DNA from: Myxococcota bacterium
Lineage (GTDB): Bacteria > Myxococcota_A > UBA9160 > UBA4427
NCBI GenBank assembly: GCA_041389425.1
Contig: JAWKRX010000003.1
Location: 6,597 to 70,596, forward strand
DNA: 64,000 nt
Direction of reading: 5' to 3'
The position numbers and the translations under genes are program-made. Below are positions 36,296 through 45,157 of this stretch, one piece after another. Positions within the stretch are counted from its first letter, which is position 1. The number at the start of each line of letters is the position of its first letter. The notes below the pieces were generated by a model, which saw nothing but the letters and a program-made list of their open reading frames with translations, was not told the DNA's origin and did no database searches.

Positions 36296-37135
36296 GTGCG
36301 GATTGCGGGGGGCCGGATCGTCGGATGCTTCGTGCTCGCTGCGCTGGCCGTCGGCTGTGCCCCGCGCAGCAGCTCCCCGCCTTCCGACGTGCGTTCGCTG
36401 CGCGCCGCCGCCGAAGCGGCCGAATCGGAGGCGGAGACCGCGGCGTCTCCCGAGCCCCTGCGCTCCCTCGCCGATCGTGTTTCCGATCCCGTCGTCGCGA
36501 GCCGGATCGAAGCGGCATCGCTGGCGCTGATTCCGGTCGAAGCCTGGCCCGGTGAGCTGCGCGTACCGCTGCGATTGCGCATCGAGTGGGCGGGCGGGCA
36601 TGCGCGCCATGAGGTCCTGCTCGAGCGCTCGCCCGGGCGACTCGTGCTGCGCGAATGGACGAAGGGCCCGGCGCCTGCGAAGCCGCCCGGCTTCCGCCTC
36701 GCCCTCGTCACCGGCCCGGCGAAAGCGGGCGCGCGCGAGTCGCTCGAGATCGAGCCGGGCGCGCTCGCGGATCTGCCCTTCGCGCCGGCCCATCTGCTCG
36801 CGGACGTCCAGCGCGCCTTCTATCCCTGGCTGCTCGGCGTGCCCGAGTGCGGCCCCTGCGAGCGGAGCGGATGGCGCGGCCGCGTCGCCGTCTGGGAGCG
36901 GATGGGGCGGGAGCGGATCATCGATCGGCGCATCGTCGTGCCGGAGCTGCTGCCCTACGGGAGCATCCGCGTGCGTTATGCGCAGCGCCTCGTCTTCGGG
37001 ATGCCGGCGCTCGTCGCGCTCGAGAATGGCTGGATGGGCTACCGGCTCGTCTTCGAGGCGATCGATCCGGCTTCGCGCACGCCCGCCGCGCCGGCGGCGG
37101 AATCGCCCTCGTCCCCGGCCGAGGGCCGACGTTAG
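36296..37135 (+). CDS. Probable lipoprotein (unknown function)
   Basis: GTG start after GGGGAGGGG. Signal/lipobox VRIAGGRIVGCFVLAALAVGC. The upstream part of the 331-aa ORF is not protein-like. Confidence 0.55.
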   Translation: MRIAGGRIVGCFVLAALAVGCAPRSSSPPSDVRSLRAAAEAAESEAETAASPEPLRSLADRVSDPVVASRIEAASLALIPVEAWPGELRVPLRLRIEWAGGHARHEVLLERSPGRLVLREWTKGPAPAKPPGFRLALVTGPAKAGARESLEIEPGALADLPFAPAHLLADVQRAFYPWLLGVPECGPCERSGWRGRVAVWERMGRERIIDRRIVVPELLPYGSIRVRYAQRLVFGMPALVALENGWMGYRLVFEAIDPASRTPAAPAAESPSSPAEGRR

Positions 37136-37300
37136 GGCGGTACGGGCTGCGGATCCGATTGGATCGGGGACCGCCGAGGTGCTACCGATCGGGCGGCGCG
37201 GCGGCGCCGGCATGCGCCGGCCTCCGGCCGTTCCCGCTCGTTCGGGCGTTCGCCCGCCGACGCAGTGTCCTTTCCGCGTCGATGCCCGTGAGGATTCCCG

Positions 37301-38509
37301 ATGTCCCAGCGCCCGCTCCGTCTCGGCGTCTTTCTGGCTCCCTTCCATCCGGCCGACGAGAGCCCGACCGAGCAGATCCATCGCGATCTCGAGCTCGTCC
37401 AGCATCTCGACACCCTCGGCTACGACGAAGCCTGGATCGGCGAACATCATTCGGGCGGCTACGAGATCGTCGCCTCGCCCGAGCTCTTCATCGCGCATGC
37501 GGCGGCGCTGACGAAGCGCATCCGGCTCGGAACCGGCGTCGTCTCGCTCCCGTACCACAATCCGCTCATGGTCGCGGACCGCATCATGCAGCTCGACCAT
37601 CAGACGCGTGGCCGCGTCATGCTCGGCTGCGGTCCGGGCCAGCTCGTGACCGATGCCTTCATGCTGGGCATCGATCCGACGACCCAGCGCCGGCGCATGC
37701 TCGAGGCGCTCGACGCGATCGTGCCGCTGCTGCGCGGACAGGTCGTGACGAAGCAGACCGATTGGTTCGATCTGCGCGAGGCGCAGGTCCAGCTGCCGCC
37801 GGTGCAGTGGCCCGGGCCCGAGATCGCGGTCGCGTCGGCGGTCTCGCCGTCGGGGGCGCGCGCGGCGGGGCAGTACGGGACGGGGCTGCTCTCGCTCGCG
37901 GCGAGCGGGCCGGCGGGCTACGAGCAGCTCCCCAAGCACTGGCAGGTCTGCGAGGAGAAGGCGGCGGAGCACGGCCAGCAGGTCGACCGCGCGAACTGGC
38001 GCTGTGTCGTCCCGATGCACATCGCCGAGACCCGGGAGCAGGCCCGCGCCGACATGGAGCACGGCACGCTCCGCCTCGCCGGCTACATGGAGGCGCTCGG
38101 CGGCTCGAAGCCGCCCTTCGCGACGTCGACCGCGCGCATGCTCGAGGAGTGGACGGGCCCGGGGCTCCCGATCTTCGGGAAGCTGACGCTCGGGACGCCC
38201 GACGACGCCGTGCCCGTGCTCGAGTCGCTGCTCGCGAAATCGGGCGGCTTCGGGACCGTCCTGCTGCTCGGCCACAACTGCGCGAACCCCGAAGCGACGC
38301 GCCGCAGCTACGAGCTGATCGCCCGCTGCGTGATGCCGGCGCTGAACCGCGCGAACGCGGCGCGGGAGCGCAGCATGGCCTGGGCGACGAAGAACGCCGG
38401 CACCTTCATGCCCGCCTTCGGCGCCGGGATCCAGCAGGCGATCGAAGAGCACGAGAAGGAGCGGGCCACCCGCGGCGGGCAGGGCACGCAATGGGTCGCG
38501 GGCTCGTAG
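37301..38509 (+). CDS. LLM-class (luciferase-like) flavin-dependent monooxygenase
   Basis: LGVFLAPFH...LGYDEAWIGEHH...RIRLGTGVVSLPYHNP, the typical LLM signature. 402 aa. Confidence 0.9.
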   Translation: MSQRPLRLGVFLAPFHPADESPTEQIHRDLELVQHLDTLGYDEAWIGEHHSGGYEIVASPELFIAHAAALTKRIRLGTGVVSLPYHNPLMVADRIMQLDHQTRGRVMLGCGPGQLVTDAFMLGIDPTTQRRRMLEALDAIVPLLRGQVVTKQTDWFDLREAQVQLPPVQWPGPEIAVASAVSPSGARAAGQYGTGLLSLAASGPAGYEQLPKHWQVCEEKAAEHGQQVDRANWRCVVPMHIAETREQARADMEHGTLRLAGYMEALGGSKPPFATSTARMLEEWTGPGLPIFGKLTLGTPDDAVPVLESLLAKSGGFGTVLLLGHNCANPEATRRSYELIARCVMPALNRANAARERSMAWATKNAGTFMPAFGAGIQQAIEEHEKERATRGGQGTQWVAGS

Positions 38510-38609
38510 CCCACACACGCGTGCGCGGCAGCGAATCGAGCCCCGCCTGGCCCCCGCTCTGCATGACCGGCGAAGCGCAAGCGAACGAACCCGAAGAAGG
38601 AGAAAGAAC

Positions 38610-39116
38610 ATGGTCGACATCGAGCAGCTCGCGCGCCAGGTCCAGCGCCTCCAGGACCTCGAGGACATCAAATCCCTGAAGCACCGCTATTTTCGGGCGA
38701 TGACCTGGGGGGATCACGAGACGCTGAAGGACACGCTGACGGCGGACGTCGTGACCTCCTACTCGGACGGCAAATACGTCTTCGACGACCGCGAGCAGCT
38801 GCTCCGCTTCCTGATCGATTCCCACGATCCGAACGCGAAGATCATCGCCTGGTGGATGGCGGGCATGCCCGAGATCACCTTCCAGAGCGAGACCGAAGCG
38901 ACGGGCATCTGGGCGATGTACCACTATTTCTTCAACCAGGGGAAGGGTTTCGTCGACGAGATGTTCGTCTACTACGACGACACCTACCGCAAGGAAGACG
39001 GCGTGTGGCGCTTCTCGAAGACCGGCTACAAACGCGTCATCAACCAGATCCTGGATCGCAGCAAGATGCCGTACACCATCACGGCACCGGACTGGGCGGC
39101 GGCGAAGAAGGGATGA
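38610..39116 (+). CDS. SnoaL-like / NTF2-superfamily protein
   Basis: LEDIKSLKHRYFRAMTWGD N-terminus, typical of SnoaL_4/BaiE-like proteins. 168 aa. Confidence 0.85.
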   Translation: MVDIEQLARQVQRLQDLEDIKSLKHRYFRAMTWGDHETLKDTLTADVVTSYSDGKYVFDDREQLLRFLIDSHDPNAKIIAWWMAGMPEITFQSETEATGIWAMYHYFFNQGKGFVDEMFVYYDDTYRKEDGVWRFSKTGYKRVINQILDRSKMPYTITAPDWAAAKKG

Positions 39117-40312
39117 GGGCGGGGGCCGCCGAGCCCCCCCTCCGCCTCGGCGAAGGCCGCATCAGCGGCCTGCTCGGCGTCTTCCTCGGCACACTCTCGA
39201 TTCTCGCCGTCCTCTGCTTCCACTTCCCCGAATGGCTGACGACGCCCGAGCTGCGCGCGGCGTATCCGGTCGGGGCGCTGCGCCAGGTGCTGCTCGCGGG
39301 CATGCTGCTCGCCGCGCTCTTCGGGGCGCTCTCGCTCCTGCTCTCCCCGTCTTCGCGCCTCGGCTTCGCGGGCATCGCGCTCGCGCTCGCGGCCGAATGG
39401 ATGGGCGGGGCGCACGTCGAGGTCGACGCCTTCGACGCGCCTTTCGTCTCGTTCGGATTCGACTGGCTGGTGCTCGCGCTGCTCGCGAACTCGCTCGTCT
39501 TCGTCTTCATCGAGAGGCTCTGGCCGCTGCGGCCCTCGCAGCCGACGCTCCGGCGCGAATGGCGCCTCGATCTCGCCTACTACGCCTTCAATCACGTCAC
39601 GGTCGGCATCGTGCTGCTGACGACGACCTTCTTCTCCGAGACGCTCTTCGGCTGGGCGGTCCACGACGGCCTGCAGACGCTCGTCCGCGCGCAGCCCCTC
39701 CCCCTGCAGATCGTGGAGGTGCTCTTCGTCGCGGATCTGACGCAGTACGCGGGCCACCGGCTGATGCACGAGACGCCCTGGCTCTGGCGCTTCCACGCCG
39801 TCCACCACTGCCCCGAGGAGATGGACTGGCTCGCCGGCTCGCGCATGCATTTCGCCGAGGTGCTCCTCATCCGCTCGCTCGTGATCACGCCGATCTATCT
39901 GATGGGCTTCGCGGAGGCGGCGGTGAACGCCTACGTCGTCTGGGTCGGCATCCAGAGCGTGCTGATCCATTCGAATGTGCGGATCCGCTTCGGCTGGCTC
40001 GAGCACGTCTTCGTGACGCCCCATTTCCATCATTGGCATCACGCGGCCGACGCCGAGGCGATCGACCGCAACTACGCCGCGAGCCTCCCGATCCTGGACC
40101 GGCTCTTCGGGACGTACGCCTCGCCGCGCGATCGCTGGCCGGAACGTTATGGCGTCGTCGGGAAGCCGCTTCCGCAGGGCTTCTTCGGGCAGCTGCTCTA
40201 TCCGTTCATGAAAGGACGGGCGGGGGCGTCCGCTCCGCCCCGCCCTCAATCGAGTACGAGCACGCCGTCCTCGATCGGCCCGCGCCGCAGCATCTTCCGA
40301 TCCCGGGCGTAG
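39113..40312 (+). CDS. Fatty-acid hydroxylase / sterol-desaturase-superfamily membrane di-iron enzyme
   Basis: Three His boxes (HRLMH, HAVHH, HHWHH) after several TM helices. The ATG overlaps the SnoaL stop (ATGA at 39113-39116). The 3' end overlaps the convergent BVMO gene by 67 nt. Confidence 0.85.
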   Translation: MRAGAAEPPLRLGEGRISGLLGVFLGTLSILAVLCFHFPEWLTTPELRAAYPVGALRQVLLAGMLLAALFGALSLLLSPSSRLGFAGIALALAAEWMGGAHVEVDAFDAPFVSFGFDWLVLALLANSLVFVFIERLWPLRPSQPTLRREWRLDLAYYAFNHVTVGIVLLTTTFFSETLFGWAVHDGLQTLVRAQPLPLQIVEVLFVADLTQYAGHRLMHETPWLWRFHAVHHCPEEMDWLAGSRMHFAEVLLIRSLVITPIYLMGFAEAAVNAYVVWVGIQSVLIHSNVRIRFGWLEHVFVTPHFHHWHHAADAEAIDRNYAASLPILDRLFGTYASPRDRWPERYGVVGKPLPQGFFGQLLYPFMKGRAGASAPPRPQSSTSTPSSIGPRRSIFRSRA

Positions 40313-41727
40313 TCCTGGGTGTTGAGCCAGGGCTCGCGATCGCCCTGCTTCGGGAAGAGATGCATCGCGCGCTGCATGTAGCCGGGCGTGAAGCCGTCGA
40401 TCCACGGCCGCGTCGGCATGGCGCGATCTTCCGGGCGAAGGCGCGGGGTCGCGCGGCGGGCGCCGCGCCGGTCCATCGTCTCGAGCACGCGGCAGACCCA
40501 TTCCGCCGTCAGGTCCGCGCGCAGGGTCCAGGAGGCGTTGATGTAGCCGAAGGTCTGGACGAGGTTCGGCACGTCCGAGTACATCATGCCCTTGTAGGTG
40601 AGGGTCTCGGCGAAGTCGACTTTGCGGCCGTCGACCTCGAACTCGGCGCCGCCGAGGACCTCGAGCTCGAGGCCGGTGGCGCTGACGACGATGTCGGCTT
40701 CGATCCGCTGGCCGGATTCGAGCTCGATGCCCGAAGGCACGAAGCGCGCGATCCGGTCGGTGGCGACGGACGCGCGACCCTCGCGGATCGCGACGAAGAG
40801 ATCGGCGTCCGGGACGAGGCAGAGGCGCTGATCCCAGGGGTCGTAGCGCGGCGTGAAATGCTTCTCGACGTCGTAGTCGGGGCCGAGCTGCTTGCGCACC
40901 TCGGCGAGCAGATGGGCGCGCACGCGCTCGGGATGCTCGCGGGTCTGGCGGTAGATCCAGCGCTGGACGAGCACGTTCTTCGCGCGCACGAGGCGATAGG
41001 CGAGGGCGTCGGGGAGCAGGCGCCGCAGCCAGACGGCGATGCGGTCGACCGCCGGCAGCGACGCGACCCAGGTCGGGGAGCGCTGGATCATCGTGACGAG
41101 GGCGGCGGTCTGCGCGAGGGCGGGGACGAGGGTGACCGCGGTCGCCCCGCTGCCGATCACGGCGACGCGGCGGCCGGCATGCTCGAGCTCTTCGGGCCAG
41201 AACTGCGGATGGACGATGGGGCCGCGGAAATCCGCCATGCCCTCGAATTGCGGCGCATGGCCCCGGTCGTAGCGGTAGTAGCCGCTGCACATCGAGAGCA
41301 TTCGCGCGCGCAGCGTCGCCGCGCGGGGCGGGGCGGCGGGATCCGCCTGGGCGACGTCGACCTCGAGGGTCCAGCAGGCCGCTTCGCTCGACCAGCGCGC
41401 GCGGCGCAGGCGATGGCCGAAGCGGATGTGGCGCTCGATGTCGTGGTCGCGGGCGGCCTGGCGGACGTAGGCGCGGATCGAGGGGCCATCGGCGATCGAT
41501 TCGCGGGCGCGCCAGGGCGCGAAGGCGTAGCCGAGGGTGTGCATGTCGCTGTCGGAGCGGATGCCGGGATAGCGGAAGAGGTCCCAGGTTCCGCCGATCG
41601 CCTGGCGGGTCTCGAGGATCGCGTAGGTCTTCGCCGGGCAGCGCGCCGCCAGATGGCAGGCCGCGCCGATGCCCGAGAGGCCGGCGCCCACGATGACGAC
41701 GTCGAAGATTTCCTCGTCCGGGCTCAT
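40246..41727 (-). CDS. Type I Baeyer-Villiger / flavin-containing monooxygenase (EthA-like)
   Basis: The 493-aa C-terminal part of a 1479-aa artefactual ORF. It has VVIVGAGLSGIG (FAD), the BVMO fingerprint FRGPIVHPQFWP (FxGxxxHxxxWP), and VAVIGSGATAV (NADPH). Confidence 0.9.
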   Translation of the reverse strand: MSPDEEIFDVVIVGAGLSGIGAACHLAARCPAKTYAILETRQAIGGTWDLFRYPGIRSDSDMHTLGYAFAPWRARESIADGPSIRAYVRQAARDHDIERHIRFGHRLRRARWSSEAACWTLEVDVAQADPAAPPRAATLRARMLSMCSGYYRYDRGHAPQFEGMADFRGPIVHPQFWPEELEHAGRRVAVIGSGATAVTLVPALAQTAALVTMIQRSPTWVASLPAVDRIAVWLRRLLPDALAYRLVRAKNVLVQRWIYRQTREHPERVRAHLLAEVRKQLGPDYDVEKHFTPRYDPWDQRLCLVPDADLFVAIREGRASVATDRIARFVPSGIELESGQRIEADIVVSATGLELEVLGGAEFEVDGRKVDFAETLTYKGMMYSDVPNLVQTFGYINASWTLRADLTAEWVCRVLETMDRRGARRATPRLRPEDRAMPTRPWIDGFTPGYMQRAMHLFPKQGDREPWLNTQDYARDRKMLRRGPIEDGVLVLD

Positions 41728-41892
41728 GATCGGCTCCGAAGCAGCGCCGCACGGCGCGGGCGGTCTGCGGCGCGCCCACGATACCCGAGGCCTGCGCCGG
41801 AAGGAGCACGCCGCGCGTGGCTTCCAGTCGCAATCCGGGAGGGGCGCGGCGCGTTCGTCGGCTACGCTGGCGACGCTCGCAGGAGGACGCGC

Positions 41893-43350
41893 ATGGTGGC
41901 CGTGACCCAGACGATCGAGCTGACCCCCGAGATCCGGATGGCCCAGGCCCGGACCTACGAGGAATGGCGCGCGGCCGCCGAGGCCGAAGACGAGCAGACC
42001 GGCGCCGCGCGCTGGAAGGCGAAGGACGAGAGCCGCCGCTACGACTACAAAGTGATCCGCCGCCGGCTCGAGGAGCTGCGCGAGGTGCGCGCCTCGGGCG
42101 ATCCGCATCGCCTGCTCTTCTATCTGAACGAAGGCATCCACGGCAATACCGGCGGCATGGGCTCCTCGGCGCTCTACCGGCGTGCGCGTTTCGGCACGAA
42201 GGATCTCGTCACGACCTACTCCCGCGAGCTCGCCGGCGCGATCGAGCAGCTCGCCGCGCAGCCCGACGAGGAGATCTCGTTCACCGAGAAGCGGAAGTTC
42301 TTCCGCCGGGCGAGCCATTGTTTCGGCCGCACCGCGATGATGTTCTCGGGCGGCGGCATCCTCGGCTTCTTCCACGTCGGCGTCGCGCGGGCGCTGCTCG
42401 AGCAGGGCCTGATGCCGAACGTGCTCTCGGGCTCGAGCGCGGGGGCGATGGTCGCCGCGATCCTCGGAACCCAGAGCCCGGACGAGCTGCGCGAGATGCT
42501 GCAGGCGCGCACGCTCCACGAAGCCTTCGAAGGCCTGTTCGAGGCGAGCATCGAGCCGACGCGCAGGCGCCGCCGGCTCGGCGTCGCAGAGCTGCGCAGC
42601 TTCGTCGAGAGCCGCATCCCGGACCTCACCTTCCAGGAGGCCTTCGAGAAGACGGGGCGCCGGATCAACATCTCCGTCTCGCCCCGCGAGCTGCATCAGC
42701 AGCCGCGGCTGCTGAACGCGATCACGTCGCCGACGGTCTTCATCCGCGAGGCAGTCATGGCGTCGTGTGCGATCCCGGGGATCTTTCCGCCGGTGACGCT
42801 CGCGGCGCGCGGCCGGACCGGCGAGCGCCAGCCCTACGTCGCCTCGCGCCAATGGGTCGACGGCTCGGTGACCAATGATCTGCCGGCGCGCCAGCTCTCG
42901 CGGCTCTACGGCGTCAACCATTTCATCACGAGCCAGGTCAACCCGATCATCCTCTGGACCCTCCGCGATACCAGCGCGGAAGACACGCTCTTCGCGAAGC
43001 TCTGGGACATCTCGACCCAGGCCGCCCGCCAATCGGTCCGCGCGACCTATCCGCTCAGCATGAAGCTCACCGAGCGCGCCTATCCGCTGAACCTCTTCGT
43101 GCGCATGGCCTACGGCGTCGCGACCCAGGACTACACCGCCGACATCAACATCCTGCCGCGCCGCCGCGCCTGGAATCCGGCGAAGCTGCTCTCGGCGCTC
43201 TCCTCCCACGAGACCGAGTTCCTGATCGCCGAGGGCGAGGCGTCGACCTGGCCGCGCATCGAACGCATCCGCAACTGCACGCGCGTCAGCCGCGCCCTCG
43301 ACGCCGTGCTCGCGCGCCTCGACGGCCAGCCGATCCCGGCGCGGGCCTGA
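41893..43350 (+). CDS. Patatin-like phospholipase with an N-terminal DUF3336-type extension
   Basis: ATG after AGGAGG. FSGGGILGFFHVG (oxyanion), GSSAG (Ser nucleophile) and WVDGSVTNDLP (Asp) motifs. Confidence 0.9.
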   Translation: MVAVTQTIELTPEIRMAQARTYEEWRAAAEAEDEQTGAARWKAKDESRRYDYKVIRRRLEELREVRASGDPHRLLFYLNEGIHGNTGGMGSSALYRRARFGTKDLVTTYSRELAGAIEQLAAQPDEEISFTEKRKFFRRASHCFGRTAMMFSGGGILGFFHVGVARALLEQGLMPNVLSGSSAGAMVAAILGTQSPDELREMLQARTLHEAFEGLFEASIEPTRRRRRLGVAELRSFVESRIPDLTFQEAFEKTGRRINISVSPRELHQQPRLLNAITSPTVFIREAVMASCAIPGIFPPVTLAARGRTGERQPYVASRQWVDGSVTNDLPARQLSRLYGVNHFITSQVNPIILWTLRDTSAEDTLFAKLWDISTQAARQSVRATYPLSMKLTERAYPLNLFVRMAYGVATQDYTADINILPRRRAWNPAKLLSALSSHETEFLIAEGEASTWPRIERIRNCTRVSRALDAVLARLDGQPIPARA

Positions 43351-43386
43351 ATCGCCCCCGCCCCCGGCCCCGAGGTCATCGTCCCG

Positions 43387-44412
43387 ATGGCGGAGGAGCC
43401 CACGTCCGAAACCGCGTCGCCGCCGGCGCATGCATCCGGAGCCCCGCCGATGTCGATCCGACCGCCCCAACCCGAGACCCCCGAGCCCGGCGCCTTCGCC
43501 GTGCAGCGCGCGAAGGTCGACGGCGATCTCGAGCTCGCCTTCGTCCGCGAGGGCGTCGGCGGCCATCCGCTGCTGCTGGTCCACGGCTACCCCGAGACGA
43601 AGCGCATCTGGTGGCGCAACATCCGGCCGCTCGTCGCCGCGGGCTACGAGGTCATCGTCCCCGACCTGCGCGGCTACGGCGACTCGGATCTCTCCGAGGG
43701 CGACGCCTACGATCTCGTTCTCTATTCGCGCGACCTGAAGACCCTCGTCCACGACGTCCTCGGCCACGAACGCATCGGCGCGATCGCGGGCGACGTCGGT
43801 GGCGTCGTCATCTGCGACATGGCGAATCGCTTCCCCGGCCTGATCGAGCGGATGATCTTCTTCAACACCGTCCCGCCGACCGATTTCGCGAATCCCGACT
43901 GGTACGCCGAGCGCGGCCTCTCGCTGATGCCGCTGCCGGACGGCCCGACCGGCGACTACCGGATTCGCCAGGGGCGCGATCCCGAAGCGCTGCTCGCCGA
44001 GCTCGATACCCCCGAGCGCCGCCGCCGCTACCTGCGCGATTTCTACGAGCACCGGCTCTGGGCCTCGCCGGGCGCGTTCAGCGACGCCGAGATCGACTTC
44101 ATGGCCGAGCCCTTCCTCGATGCGCGAAAGCTCGCCGCGTCCTGGGCGCCCTATCAGCTGCAATACGGCCGGAAGATGTCGGAGATGCCGATGCTGGGGC
44201 CCGTCGAGGTCCCGACGCTCGTGCTCTACGGCCCCGAGGACCACGTGGTTCCGCCGGATTTCGTGAAGCGCTGCGAGGCCGGCTTCCGCGACCGCATCGG
44301 GCCCGTCATCGTGCCGGAAGCCGGGCATTTCCTGCAGTGGGAGCGAGCGGACGTCCTGAACGGCCTCGCGCGCGTCTTCTTCGAGGAATGCAAGCGCGGC
44401 GCCCGGCGCTGA
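43387..44412 (+). CDS. Alpha/beta hydrolase, epoxide-hydrolase-like
   Basis: LLLVHGYPETKRIWW motif and Asp-type elbow AGDVGG. 341 aa; the start may be the downstream Met. Confidence 0.85.
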   Translation: MAEEPTSETASPPAHASGAPPMSIRPPQPETPEPGAFAVQRAKVDGDLELAFVREGVGGHPLLLVHGYPETKRIWWRNIRPLVAAGYEVIVPDLRGYGDSDLSEGDAYDLVLYSRDLKTLVHDVLGHERIGAIAGDVGGVVICDMANRFPGLIERMIFFNTVPPTDFANPDWYAERGLSLMPLPDGPTGDYRIRQGRDPEALLAELDTPERRRRYLRDFYEHRLWASPGAFSDAEIDFMAEPFLDARKLAASWAPYQLQYGRKMSEMPMLGPVEVPTLVLYGPEDHVVPPDFVKRCEAGFRDRIGPVIVPEAGHFLQWERADVLNGLARVFFEECKRGARR

Positions 44413-44422
44413 AGAGGCGGCG

Positions 44423-45157
44423 ATGGGAGCGCGACGGCGAACGAGCGCGTTCCGCTTCCCCGAAGCCGCCGCCGCCGCCGCAGCCGTATTTGCGTTCGTC
44501 GCGATCGCGGTCGGCTGCGCTTCGCCCGCCACGCAGTCCGGGGCGACGGAGCCGGTCCTGTTCGAGGGGTTCGCGGTGCGCGTTCCGGTCGGTCCGGACT
44601 GGGTCCGCCAGCGCGAGGGCTCGACGCTCGTGGTCGGGCGCGCCCTGGGCGAGGCGTGGTCCCACGGCATGGTCGTCGAGATCACGGTTCCGCCGCCGCT
44701 TCCCGATCCGGTCCATCCCTACGATCTGCTGGCCTCGGCGCGGGTGAACGCCGCGAACCTCGCGCGCGAAGCGCAGATCGATCTCGTCGACCACGGCGAG
44801 CGGCTCGTCGAGCACCAGGGCATGGACTGCGTCGATTTCTACTTCATGCTCGCGCGCCGCCATGAAGTCGACGGCGAGACGCGCCATTCGGCCCAGCTCG
44901 GCCGGGGTCTCGTCTGCCGCCATCCCCGCGATGCCCGCCGCATCGTCAACCTGCGATACGCCGTCGAGAATCACGACGGGCGTCTGATGGCCGTCGACCA
45001 GGCTCTCGGCGACGCCTTCCTCGATTCGATCCGGCCGCAGCCCGTCGCCGATCACGACGCCTCTGCGGCGCCGGCCCGACCGGAGACGAGCGATTCGACG
45101 AGCGACCAGAGGGCCTCCCGATCGGCCGCCGCCTCGCGTGTCCAGGGGAGCAGGTGA
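44423..45157 (+). CDS. Probable lipoprotein (unknown function)
   Basis: Signal/lipobox AAVFAFVAIAVGC. The last ~35 codons overlap the convergent SDR gene, so the true 3' end is uncertain. Confidence 0.55.
   Translation: MGARRRTSAFRFPEAAAAAAAVFAFVAIAVGCASPATQSGATEPVLFEGFAVRVPVGPDWVRQREGSTLVVGRALGEAWSHGMVVEITVPPPLPDPVHPYDLLASARVNAANLAREAQIDLVDHGERLVEHQGMDCVDFYFMLARRHEVDGETRHSAQLGRGLVCRHPRDARRIVNLRYAVENHDGRLMAVDQALGDAFLDSIRPQPVADHDASAAPARPETSDSTSDQRASRSAAASRVQGSR

Noticed and set aside
40246-44685. 1479-aa minus-strand ORF, and the similar 1372-aa plus-strand ORF 39232..43350.
   Set aside because: Only the last 493 codons (40246..41727, BVMO) and the last 485 codons of the plus-strand ORF (41893..43350, patatin) look like proteins. 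The rest is Arg/Ala/Gly/Pro-rich read-through, antisense or out of frame to real genes. This is an expected artefact of stop-codon scarcity at this GC content.
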